The notes beneath the pieces were generated by a model that saw only the letters and a list, made by a program, of their open reading frames with translations, was not told the origin of the DNA and made no database searches. A stretch of DNA of 37,026 bases from assembly GCA_964480055.1 (NCBI GenBank), contig CAYZQH010000001.1, positions 1 through 37,026 of the forward strand, written 5' to 3'. The DNA comes from an uncultured Cellvibrionaceae bacterium (GTDB taxonomy: Bacteria > Pseudomonadota > Gammaproteobacteria > Pseudomonadales > Cellvibrionaceae). Both the position numbers and the translations under genes were made by a program. The stretch's first letter is position 1. The number at the start of each line of letters is the position of its first letter. This document shows positions 27,370 through 36,900 of this stretch, in pieces.

Positions 27370-27738
27370 TTAAGATAAATCATCAATTAATGTACCCAAT
27401 GTGTCATTGGCTACTTGTACGACGTTGGCCGACGCACTGAACAGCAATTGCTGGCGCCGTTGTTCTATAAGAGGCTCGGCCACATCGCCGTATTGGCTGC
27501 CATACCCCGCACTGTCTTCTTGCAGCGATGAGTTAGCTTCTACCGCGCCAACGGCCGGAAGATCGGGCACGGCTGCACCGGCATCCGTTAAGGGGGTGGC
27601 TCCTGTGGGGTTGGGGTTAAGCTCAGAGCGATCCTGTGGCTGGCCAGCACGTACTATGTCTTGTGCAGCCTGAAGCATTTTTTTCTGGCTTTGCTGCATA
27701 CCAGCAACGCCTTCATTTAACACGGAATTAACTAACAT
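27370..27738 (-). CDS. 122 aa mostly disordered mini-protein with a flagellar axial-protein-like (or YjfB-like) C-terminal helix
   Basis: ATG at 27738, with a GAGGTG Shine-Dalgarno 5 nt upstream. The C-terminus DVAEPLIEQRRQQLLFSASANVVQVANDTLGTLIDDL resembles the rod/hook C-terminal motif (..E.v.li..qR.yqAN.kvi.tad.mlgtLld). The longer TTG-initiated ORF (27825) has no Shine-Dalgarno. Confidence 0.55.
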   Translation of the reverse strand: MLVNSVLNEGVAGMQQSQKKMLQAAQDIVRAGQPQDRSELNPNPTGATPLTDAGAAVPDLPAVGAVEANSSLQEDSAGYGSQYGDVAEPLIEQRRQQLLFSASANVVQVANDTLGTLIDDLS

Positions 27739-27846
27739 CTGATCACCTCTACACACATACGTCACCCAACACGAGTTTGTTGGGGCCCAAAAAGTAGGGT
27801 TTACGCTTACATCTAAAGTGTACAAAATATGAACGATCGGTGGGCG

Positions 27847-27874
27847 TTACTCGTCGGGAGTAAGCAAAACTTTA
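27847..27874 (-). promoter_or_regulatory. Candidate sigma-28 (FliA)-type promoter
   Basis: The minus strand reads TAAAGTTT (27874-27867), then 11 nt, then GACGAGTAA (27855-47). The enterobacterial consensus is TAAAGTTT-N11-GCCGATAA. The -35 is a perfect match. The -10 keeps the CGA core at 5/8. It lies about 100 nt upstream of the mini-protein start. Confidence 0.35.
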
Positions 27875-28269
27875 AGACCGTTTGGTTCTGCCATCTTCAT
27901 TTTTATAACACCAGGTTTGCACTGAATAATTCGGCCGCCCCAGCCGCTGCAACGCACTTCCCAAAGTTTTTATTCGCCCCAGTTATTTGAGGTTACACCC
28001 AGCTCGCTAACTCAAAAAGTCCCTACTAAAAATACTGTTTAACAAGTTTTTAAATCCCGCTGAAGATACAGCACGGCTTAGGTTTTTTATGCCTATACTT
28101 TGACAAAACACTCGTGCAGCTATAACGCGCTAAGGCTTTTGTTGCACTGCTACTGCTGGCTAAAGTGAATTAGCTTTTACCGTTAAATTTCGCAAAACCT
28201 CGTAAATGTAAGCACTAACACGCACGCCCCCATAGGGAGCGTAAACACCGCTTAAAAGACTTTGCACTC

Positions 28270-31200
28270 ATGTCACAGCGCTTTACAACAGCTCTCTACA
28301 TAAAAAAAAACCATAGGTTTATCTGCGTCTTAATTGGCTGTGTCTTATTGACGCTCCTAAATACTACCGCTTATTGCGCACCCATCGTCAACTTCGAGCG
28401 CCTACTATTATCCGACGACAATAACGAAAATGATGTAGGCGCCATTGTTTCCATGGCGCAAGACCGCCACGGATTTTTGTGGATTGGTGCGGAATATGGC
28501 TTAGCACGTTTTGATGGGGAGCGCATAAAGCGCTACTCCGCCAGTGGAGGCGACGCACAAGTCGACACAACCTACATCAATGACATCACTTTAAGTCCCG
28601 ACGGAACATTATGGGTAGCCACAGAGCGAGGACTAAGTTGGCTGTCTGAAAAGGAAGACCGTTTTTATCAAATTCAACCCTTTACCGATGAAGCGCTTAG
28701 TCATTACAACCGTATTGCATCCATTGCGGTAGACAACACCAACCAAATTATTTTGGCCCGCCCCAATGGCATCAGCATTTACGACGTAAAACGCCAGCTC
28801 TTTAAACATTTTGATTTGCCTGAAAACATCCTTGCGCCCGTTGTGTCGCTGGCCATAGACAGCCAAAACAACATATGGGTGGGCACACATGGCGCCGGGC
28901 TGGCCTTTTTTAATCGCGTTTCAAACCGTTTTAGGTTTTATCAGCATGACCCTCAGCACTCAGGTTCCATCGGCGGTGACCACGTAACTCGTATTATGCT
29001 CGACCACAAAAAGCGCGTATGGGTAGGAACAAAAAGCGCAGGAATCAGTCGCCTAGACCCTGACCAACAAGAGTTCGTTCAATTTAAAAATAACCCCAGT
29101 AACCCAGATACATTAAGCCACAATTATGTTCGTGATGTATTTGAAGATTCGCAAAACTTGATTTGGGTGGCCACTGATCACGGTGGACTTTCTCTTTATG
29201 ATGAGCAAACCGGCCACTTTACTCACTACAAACACAACGCCTACGACACCAAAACTCTTACCTCAAATCAAACCCGAGATATTGTCGAGGACAAACACGG
29301 TGATCTATGGGTAGGAACATTTCCATCGGGTTTAAATTATTTTAATCGCACCGCTGCCGCTTTTAAAAATTTTGAGCACGAGCCTGACAATCCATTTAGT
29401 TTGAGTCACAGTGCTATTTTGTGCTTTTTAGAAGACAGTGACGGCGACCTATGGGTAGGTACTGAAAGCGGCCTCAACCGCTTTGATGTGGCCAAGAATA
29501 AATTTTATCGAGATATATCTGAGCCTGGATTTTCACACTCATTAAAAACCGACGCCATTGTTTCTTTGTCCGAAGATAAAAATAAAAACATTTGGGTGGG
29601 CACATGGTCTGGAGGCTTACATCGCTTTGATAAAACCTCACGCCGGTTTTACCACTACTTCCCCACGGGTAAACTCGGAAGCATAGAAAACGCTTTTATT
29701 TGGGGGCTGGTCAACGATAAAAAAGGCCGTCTTTGGATAGGTACGGAAGGCTCTGGCTTGGCGCTATATCACCCAGACACTGACACGTTTGAACACTTCA
29801 AGCACACTGCGGACACAAACTCCATTGACCACAACCACATCTGGACAATGTTAGAAGACCACAAAGGGCATATATGGATTGGTACCACTGCCGGTTTAAA
29901 CCGATTCAACCCAGACGACCGAACTTTTTATAACTTTCCCCGCATACCCAATGACTCTAGCACGGTCGACAGCGAGCGTATTCGCGCGCTGTACCAGGAT
30001 TCACAACAACGCATATGGGTAGGCACGCAGGAGTCCGGGTTATATGTGTATGACTTTGAAACCAAACGCTTTAAACACATCCAACCTTCTGATGGTTTAC
30101 CATCATCCTATGTGACTGGGTTTATTGAAGACGACAACGGGTTTATTTGGGCCACCACCACCAACGGCGCGGTAAAAATAGACACAAGCACATACAAACT
30201 TACGGTGTTTAATCGCTCGCATGGGTTAATCAGCGACAACTTGTACCGCCCAGCCACCTATAAAGCACCAGATGGTAAAATATTTTTGGGCAGCGCCGAT
30301 GGTATTAGTATTTTCGACCCCACGAAGGTGGCGCAATATAAAGCTGATGCCTCGGTTTTTTTTACCGGGGTAGATGTACCGACAAAACCTTCAAATTCAC
30401 TCGACGTACCCACGCCATCAATACACACTACTCACGGAAAACAATATTTAGACCTGTCCCATATAGATAATGTATTCACACTACAGTTCTCCTCTTTGGA
30501 TCACAGGAGTGGCGAAAACCGACGCTACGCGTATCGCCTTGCGGGGTTTAATAAAACTTGGGTAAAAGTTAAGAACAAAAATTTCGTCACATATACCAAC
30601 CTAAGCCCCGGTAAATATGTTTTTAGTATTAAGGCAGGCACATTGTCTGGTTGGAGCCCCAAAGTCAGTAATTTATACATCACCATAGCACCACCACCAT
30701 GGAAGACGTGGTGGGCCTACACGCTCTATATCTTATTATTAGGAGGACTAATAGGCTTTGTGGCTCATCTTAAGCTCAAGCAGGTACAACTTCGTGGAGA
30801 GCAGTCGGTCAATAGAAAGTTGCGCGCATTGAATGTCATGAAGGACGCGTTTTTGGCTAACACGTCTCATGAACTGCGCACACCCCTCAATGGCATCATT
30901 GGTATTGCAGAGAGCCTAAAAGACCGAAAGGTCACCCGCGATCCGTTTACTGACCGTAACCTACAACTCATCATAACCAGTGGCAAGCGCCTTGCCACAC
31001 TGATCAATGACATTCTGGACTACTCAAAACTTGCGAATGACAACCTGGATCTTAATGCTCACCCGGTGGACCTCTACGCACTGGTTGAAAACGTATTTGT
31101 GCTATTGGAACCATTAACCCGAGGAAAAGAGCTAAAATTAATTAATGACATTAAGCATTTGGCTCCGTATGTTGAAGCAGATGAAAATCGCCTGCAGCAA

Positions 31201-32040
31201 ATTCTTATCAACCTTATTGGCAACGGCATTAAATACACCAAAGCTGGGCATGTGCGTGTAGATCTTAGAATAGAAAATCGAAGAGCTTACATCTATGTCG
31301 ATGACACGGGTGTGGGTATCGAAACCCAAAAGCAACAAGAAATTTTTGAAGTCTTTAACCAAGTCCATCAAAACGACGCGCGCGAATATGACGGCACCGG
31401 GCTTGGCCTTGCAATAACCAAACAACTGGTGGAGCTACACGGCGGAAAAATATGGGTTGAAAGCGATTATGGGCATGGCGCTAAATTTGTATTTACCTTA
31501 CCGGCAGCGGATGAGAATGCGGTAAAACTGCGCGCAGTGCCAAAGGTCAGTAGTACTACCCCACACCTCAAATCAGCCAATTTTCAGGGCAACCTAGAGC
31601 AGAGCGTACCCATTTCTGAGGCGCCCAGAAACGCAAAAGACCAAACCATTTTAATTGTCGACGACGACAGCATAAACCGTATAGTACTGCACGGCATACT
31701 CAGTTTGCATAAATACAATCTGATCGAAGCCACTGGTGGGTCAGAGGCCATCCAAGCATTACAAGATCACCCCAATATAGACCTTATTATATTGGACGTT
31801 ATGATGCCGCATATGACCGGTTATGAAGCTTGCAAAGTTATCCGCAAAACCTACGAAATACAAGATTTACCCATTTTATTCTTAACCGCAAAAACCGGCG
31901 ACGAAGATTTGAAGCAGTGTTTTGAAGTGGGCGGGAACGACTATCTAACCAAACCTGTTAATAAAAATGATTTATTAGCACGCGTGGCCAATCATTTACG
32001 TCTGCAAGCAGCAGTACGAAAAATTAAAATAGGGATGTAG
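28270..32040 (+). CDS. Hybrid sensor histidine kinase/response regulator with periplasmic two-component-regulator beta-propeller repeats and a YYY domain
   Basis: About 14 Reg_prop-type repeats (..LWVGT..GL..F..). YYY domain (RYAYRLAGFNKTWVKV...YTNLSPGKYVF). One TM segment. H-box SHELRTPLNGI, N box NLIGNGIKYT, G boxes DTGVGI and GTGLGLAI. C-terminal REC (ILIVDDD...ILDVMMPHMTGYE...LTAK). No DNA-binding or Hpt domain. Confidence 0.9.
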   Translation: MSQRFTTALYIKKNHRFICVLIGCVLLTLLNTTAYCAPIVNFERLLLSDDNNENDVGAIVSMAQDRHGFLWIGAEYGLARFDGERIKRYSASGGDAQVDTTYINDITLSPDGTLWVATERGLSWLSEKEDRFYQIQPFTDEALSHYNRIASIAVDNTNQIILARPNGISIYDVKRQLFKHFDLPENILAPVVSLAIDSQNNIWVGTHGAGLAFFNRVSNRFRFYQHDPQHSGSIGGDHVTRIMLDHKKRVWVGTKSAGISRLDPDQQEFVQFKNNPSNPDTLSHNYVRDVFEDSQNLIWVATDHGGLSLYDEQTGHFTHYKHNAYDTKTLTSNQTRDIVEDKHGDLWVGTFPSGLNYFNRTAAAFKNFEHEPDNPFSLSHSAILCFLEDSDGDLWVGTESGLNRFDVAKNKFYRDISEPGFSHSLKTDAIVSLSEDKNKNIWVGTWSGGLHRFDKTSRRFYHYFPTGKLGSIENAFIWGLVNDKKGRLWIGTEGSGLALYHPDTDTFEHFKHTADTNSIDHNHIWTMLEDHKGHIWIGTTAGLNRFNPDDRTFYNFPRIPNDSSTVDSERIRALYQDSQQRIWVGTQESGLYVYDFETKRFKHIQPSDGLPSSYVTGFIEDDNGFIWATTTNGAVKIDTSTYKLTVFNRSHGLISDNLYRPATYKAPDGKIFLGSADGISIFDPTKVAQYKADASVFFTGVDVPTKPSNSLDVPTPSIHTTHGKQYLDLSHIDNVFTLQFSSLDHRSGENRRYAYRLAGFNKTWVKVKNKNFVTYTNLSPGKYVFSIKAGTLSGWSPKVSNLYITIAPPPWKTWWAYTLYILLLGGLIGFVAHLKLKQVQLRGEQSVNRKLRALNVMKDAFLANTSHELRTPLNGIIGIAESLKDRKVTRDPFTDRNLQLIITSGKRLATLINDILDYSKLANDNLDLNAHPVDLYALVENVFVLLEPLTRGKELKLINDIKHLAPYVEADENRLQQILINLIGNGIKYTKAGHVRVDLRIENRRAYIYVDDTGVGIETQKQQEIFEVFNQVHQNDAREYDGTGLGLAITKQLVELHGGKIWVESDYGHGAKFVFTLPAADENAVKLRAVPKVSSTTPHLKSANFQGNLEQSVPISEAPRNAKDQTILIVDDDSINRIVLHGILSLHKYNLIEATGGSEAIQALQDHPNIDLIILDVMMPHMTGYEACKVIRKTYEIQDLPILFLTAKTGDEDLKQCFEVGGNDYLTKPVNKNDLLARVANHLRLQAAVRKIKIGM

Positions 32041-32075
32041 GTGCCCGGCACCCCACAAATATAAGTTCGCGTGCC

Positions 32076-33884
32076 TTACTGCTGCTGACAATACGCGCGC
32101 CACCCACCCAACTCACTGATATTGGTGGCATGCGCCAACGCGTAGGGTTCGCAAATAAACCCGCTCACCCATTGGCCACTTGCCAACTCTATTTTACCAA
32201 TCCCCAAAGGGGTGGGGATCTCACTGACAAAAGACCCAAAAGTCTCTACAGAAAGGCGCCACACCTCCACGTCAATAGATACGCCCTGTTCTCGAACTCG
32301 CCTCAACCCCGGGCGTTCTGGTGGGCCACCAGGCAGTGCAAATAATTCATACAGCGGGGCAGTTGTGGTTGCTTCGACGAGCACACCACCGCGCTCAGTA
32401 AGCTGCCAGTTAAGCGGCATGCCCTGTAAATGCGCACCGCACACCACCACATCAATGTGTGTATATGGCACCAGTGTATTTTTTATACCTTGCACCTGGT
32501 GCCTCCAGTGCGCGCCCATGGTTTGCTGCCAAATATTGTGTAATCGTGCCCCAATGCTGAGTAATTTTTTATCCTCCATAGCGTGGGAAAATACCGTCAC
32601 GCCAAACCCTGCCCCGTTGGGTAGGTGTTTGTAGGGTATAGCCAGCGCAGAGTAATCCAACAAATTCATAAAATTTGTGTAGTACCCCAGATTAGAATTA
32701 AGCGTGATGGGGTCTGCCTCCACCTCGGCAATGGTATACGTAGTACCGTTAGTGGGTGTAATGATTACATCCACTGCGTTAAGTATTTGTTTGGCTGCCA
32801 GCGCATACTCCTGCAGCTGATATTGAGCAGAAAAAGCCGCTTGAGCCGTAAGATTTTTACCACCGTCAATAATTTTTTTAATGACAGGAAGCATGGCTTC
32901 AGGTTGACTTTCAATGAGAGATTGCGTCGCTAAATAGCGCTCTGTTACCCAGGGGCCCTCGTAAAGGAGCTTTGCGGCCTTAATAAATGGGGAAAAATCA
33001 ATTTCTATACAGTGGATGCCTTGGTCAGTTAACGATTGCACGGCCTGCTCAAATAGACTCTGGGCTGCACTATCACCAAAAAACTCTAGTGTAGAAACAC
33101 TGGGAACCCCGAATGTTAATCCATCTGCTTGTTCGCAATAATATCGCATTTTATTGCGATAAGGCGCCTGGCGAGAATAGGCGTCTGACGAATCAAATTG
33201 CGCAGCCACATCTAACACGGTATTGGCGTCATCGGTATTCAACGCAAAAATGCTGACGCTATCTAAACTTCTGCACGCTGGTACCACGCCGCTCATACTG
33301 AGCAGCCCTCGGCTCGGTTTTAAACCCACAATATGATTCAGTGACGCAGGCACTCGACCTGAGCCTGCGGTATCTGTACCCAAAGAAAAGCTCACCCACC
33401 CATTGGCAACCGCAACCGCACTGCCTGAGCTAGAGCCACCGGAAATAACATTCGGATTAAATACATTTTTACAAACCCCATAGGGTGAACGCACACCCAC
33501 AAGCCCAGTGGCAAATTGGTCCAGATTGGTTTTACCTAGGGGAATGGCGCCAGCAGCAATAAGATGCTTCACCACTTCCGCGCTGGTTGTAGGCATATAG
33601 CTAAAACCCGGGCATCCTGCGGTAGTTGGTACATCTTTAAGGTCAATATTATCTTTAATGGCAAACGGTACGCCGTAGAGCGGCAATGATGCATTTGGAA
33701 TACTAGGAAGCTCTTTAATAAAAGCTGCCAGTTCGTGAGACTTCAAACGATAAATCCACGCAGGGTTGTCGCTTTTATCTATTTGCGTATATAAATACTC
33801 AATTAATTGAGTGGGGGTGAAATCCTTATTTTGATAATGTTTCTGTAAGCCAGAGATACTGATATCAAGCGATTGCCAGTTCAT
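32076..33884 (-). CDS. atzF: Allophanate hydrolase
   Basis: Amidase signature GGSSSGSAVAVA with TDTAGSGRVPA. A C-terminal allophanate-hydrolase-specific domain is present. Located directly downstream of urea carboxylase. Confidence 0.88.
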   Translation of the reverse strand: MNWQSLDISISGLQKHYQNKDFTPTQLIEYLYTQIDKSDNPAWIYRLKSHELAAFIKELPSIPNASLPLYGVPFAIKDNIDLKDVPTTAGCPGFSYMPTTSAEVVKHLIAAGAIPLGKTNLDQFATGLVGVRSPYGVCKNVFNPNVISGGSSSGSAVAVANGWVSFSLGTDTAGSGRVPASLNHIVGLKPSRGLLSMSGVVPACRSLDSVSIFALNTDDANTVLDVAAQFDSSDAYSRQAPYRNKMRYYCEQADGLTFGVPSVSTLEFFGDSAAQSLFEQAVQSLTDQGIHCIEIDFSPFIKAAKLLYEGPWVTERYLATQSLIESQPEAMLPVIKKIIDGGKNLTAQAAFSAQYQLQEYALAAKQILNAVDVIITPTNGTTYTIAEVEADPITLNSNLGYYTNFMNLLDYSALAIPYKHLPNGAGFGVTVFSHAMEDKKLLSIGARLHNIWQQTMGAHWRHQVQGIKNTLVPYTHIDVVVCGAHLQGMPLNWQLTERGGVLVEATTTAPLYELFALPGGPPERPGLRRVREQGVSIDVEVWRLSVETFGSFVSEIPTPLGIGKIELASGQWVSGFICEPYALAHATNISELGGWRAYCQQQ

Positions 33885-33934
33885 AGTTTTTACTCAATTT
33901 TTGCAATAATGGACAAATGACAGAACGAGATACT

Positions 33935-36900
33935 CTATTCGGATGTGATGATCGCCAGAACTTGATTTGCCGACACCGCTTGCCCGGGTGACCGCACAAT
34001 TCGTTTAACGATACCCGTGGCTGACGAAGGCACATCTATTTCCATTTTCATAGATTCTAGAATACAAATAGTGTCTCCGGCTTTTATCATTTGTCCCTCT
34101 TTTACATTCCACTGCCAAACACTGCCCGAAACAGGACTGAACAGCGCTTGCTCATTAGCAAGCAAAGCGGTGCCTTCTTGTGTATTCGAAGGCTCATCCA
34201 TAGCTTCAAAATGTAACTGCCCCGAATCTTTCCAAAATTGCAGCTCTTGCTCAAAAGCCGTGTTACGTTTTTTAACAAAGTTGGAAATACTGTCCTCATT
34301 TGCGTTTAAAAACGTCTCGTAATCGGTTAGGCAAAATTCAGTTTGCTCTATTTGTAATGGCACTTGGCCTGAAGGAAATTTTTGACGAAGTTGCTTTAGC
34401 TCTTGCGCACTGACTTCATAAAATTGGATTTGATCAAAAAACCGAAGTAACCAAGGTTTTTCAAACGCCTGGGTTTGATGATACCGGTTCCACATTTGAA
34501 TGGTGCGGCCAATAAATTGATACCCACCCGGCCCTTCCATTCCGTATACACATAGATATGACCCACCAATGCCCACAGAGTTCTCGGCCGTCCACGTTCT
34601 AGCGGGGTTGTACTTTGTGGTCACCAATCTATGACGCGGGTCTAGTGGCGTAGCAACCGGCGCGCCCAAATATACATCCCCTAACCCAAGCACCACATAA
34701 CGCGCATCAAAAACTATTTTTTTAACGCTCTCTACAGTATTTAAACCATTGATACGTCGAATAAACTCAATATTATCTGGGCACCAGGGTGCGTCTTTAC
34801 GCACCGACTGCATATATTTGTTTACCGCCTGCACGCACGCTTCATCGTTCCAGCTTAACGGCAAACGCACAATACGCGACGGTACAGTCACATTCGGGGT
34901 ATGACTTAAGGCGGACTCAGCAGCTAATAATAAATCGATGACGTCCGCTTCACTGACCCGCAGCGGATCAAAATGCACTTGCAAAGAGCGCACGCCAGGG
35001 GTTAGATCCACCAGGCTGGTATGCCAATGATCATTGCTTTTCTTTTGTGCTTCTAGCCACAGGAGTAACGCATGTACTTGAAAACGAATGCGAATATCTA
35101 ACTCTAGAGGCCCATACTCTACCAAAATATTTTGATCGCCCTGCCTGCGATAGATCACCCCAACGGATTGAGTATCGCTTTTTTCTACCGCGTGAATGAC
35201 CCCAGAGGGAAGTTTACTTATTTCAATACCATCACACGGCGGTATTACCCCCAGAATATTGGCGTTCGTATTTTGCCAAGTGGCCACCGCTTGCTCTGAC
35301 GCCACCACCACAAAACGAATACTGTCGCCGGCGGCCAATTGCCCCAGCTTCCATAAATCCGCACTGATTACCGTCACTGGGCACACAAAGCCCCCAAGAG
35401 ATGGTCCGTCTGGCCCTAATATCACCGGCATATCCCCGGTAAAATCTACCGCCCCAATGGCGTAGGCATTATCGTGAATATTGGAAGGGTGAAGCCCTGC
35501 TTCTCCACCATCGGTTCTTGCCCACTGTGGTTTTGGTCCAATTAATCGAACCCCTGTGCGTGAGCTGTTGTAGTGCACTTTCCATTCAGCCGTTAATAAT
35601 GACTCAATATCTTCTGGCGTAAAAAAATCCGGGGCGCCATGCGGCCCCATAATCACTTGCAGCGTCCACTGATGCGTTACCACCGGGCGTAAATCCAGAG
35701 GCAACGTTTGTAGGCTGTTATTGATGTGATTACTCAGCGGAACACTATCTCCCACTTGCAATGCCCGTCCTGTTAGACCGCCAAATTGCCCCAAGGTAAA
35801 CGTAGCGGCAGCGCCTAAATACGGCACTACAGGCAAGCCACCGGCAAATAATAAGTAGCATCGAGCACCAGCGGCTTTTACCTTCCCCACAGAAAGTACT
35901 TGCCCGGCTTTAACGGTAAAGGGTTGGTAGAACGAAACCGTATTCTGATCTAGGTGCACTTCAAATTCAGCGCCGGTTAACACCAGAGTTTGTTCGCAAT
36001 TAAATTTTATGGTTGGTCCATTTAAAGCGCACTCTAAACCCGCAGCTTCTGATGCATTGCCCAGCAAGGCATTACCCATGCGAAACGCACGCGAGTCAAA
36101 TGGCCCCGACGGCGGCACGCCCACATCCCAATACCCCACTCTACCGGGATAATCTTGCACTGTGGTTTGTGTACCTGCGTCTAAAACCTCAAAAGAGTTA
36201 GATGGATATTGCACAGCCGACAGGTACCGCGTGGTCATTGCTCCACCAATGAAGTGCTTATCTTGCAATACTGAGCACACATACTCGCAATTGGTCATTA
36301 CCCCTTGCAATTGACATTGCTCTACAGCATTTAACAGCTTGATAATGGCTTCATCTCTATTAGACGCCTGTGCCATCACCTTCGCTAACATAGGGTCATA
36401 AAAGGCGCTAATTTCTGTCCCAGCATTTATCCAATGGTCAATGCGCAGCCCAGCGGCCTTCGGCCATTGTACGGCTGTCAGTAACCCGGTACACGGCTGA
36501 AAATTTTTATTGGGGTTTTCTGCGTAAATACGAGCCTGTATTGCATGTCCGCTGGGTTTTAGGGTTTTTTCTAGCTCTGTGAGTGGTGGCAATACCTTGG
36601 CAGCTAACTGCACCATCCAAGCAACCAGATCCACATCATAAATAAGTTCTGTAACGCCATGTTCCACTTGCAACCGGGTGTTCACTTCTAAAAAATAAAA
36701 GTCATCACTTTGCTGGTTGTAAATAAACTCCACCGTGCCCGCATTGCGATAATTCACTGCGGCGGTTAACGTTTTTGCTACTGAGTGAAGCTCGGCTCTG
36801 ACTACATTGGGAATATTGGGTGCAGGTGCTTCCTCTATCACTTTTTGGTGACGGCGTTGACTAGAGCAATCTCTATCGCCCAAGATTAAGATTCCACCGT

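Noticed and set aside
27847-27900. A 17-codon mini-ORF (MKMAEPNGLKVLLTPDE) on the minus strand, overlapping the sigma-28-like promoter.
   Set aside because: It is too short, has no Shine-Dalgarno, and is most simply a chance ORF. I note it only because it coincides with the promoter motif.
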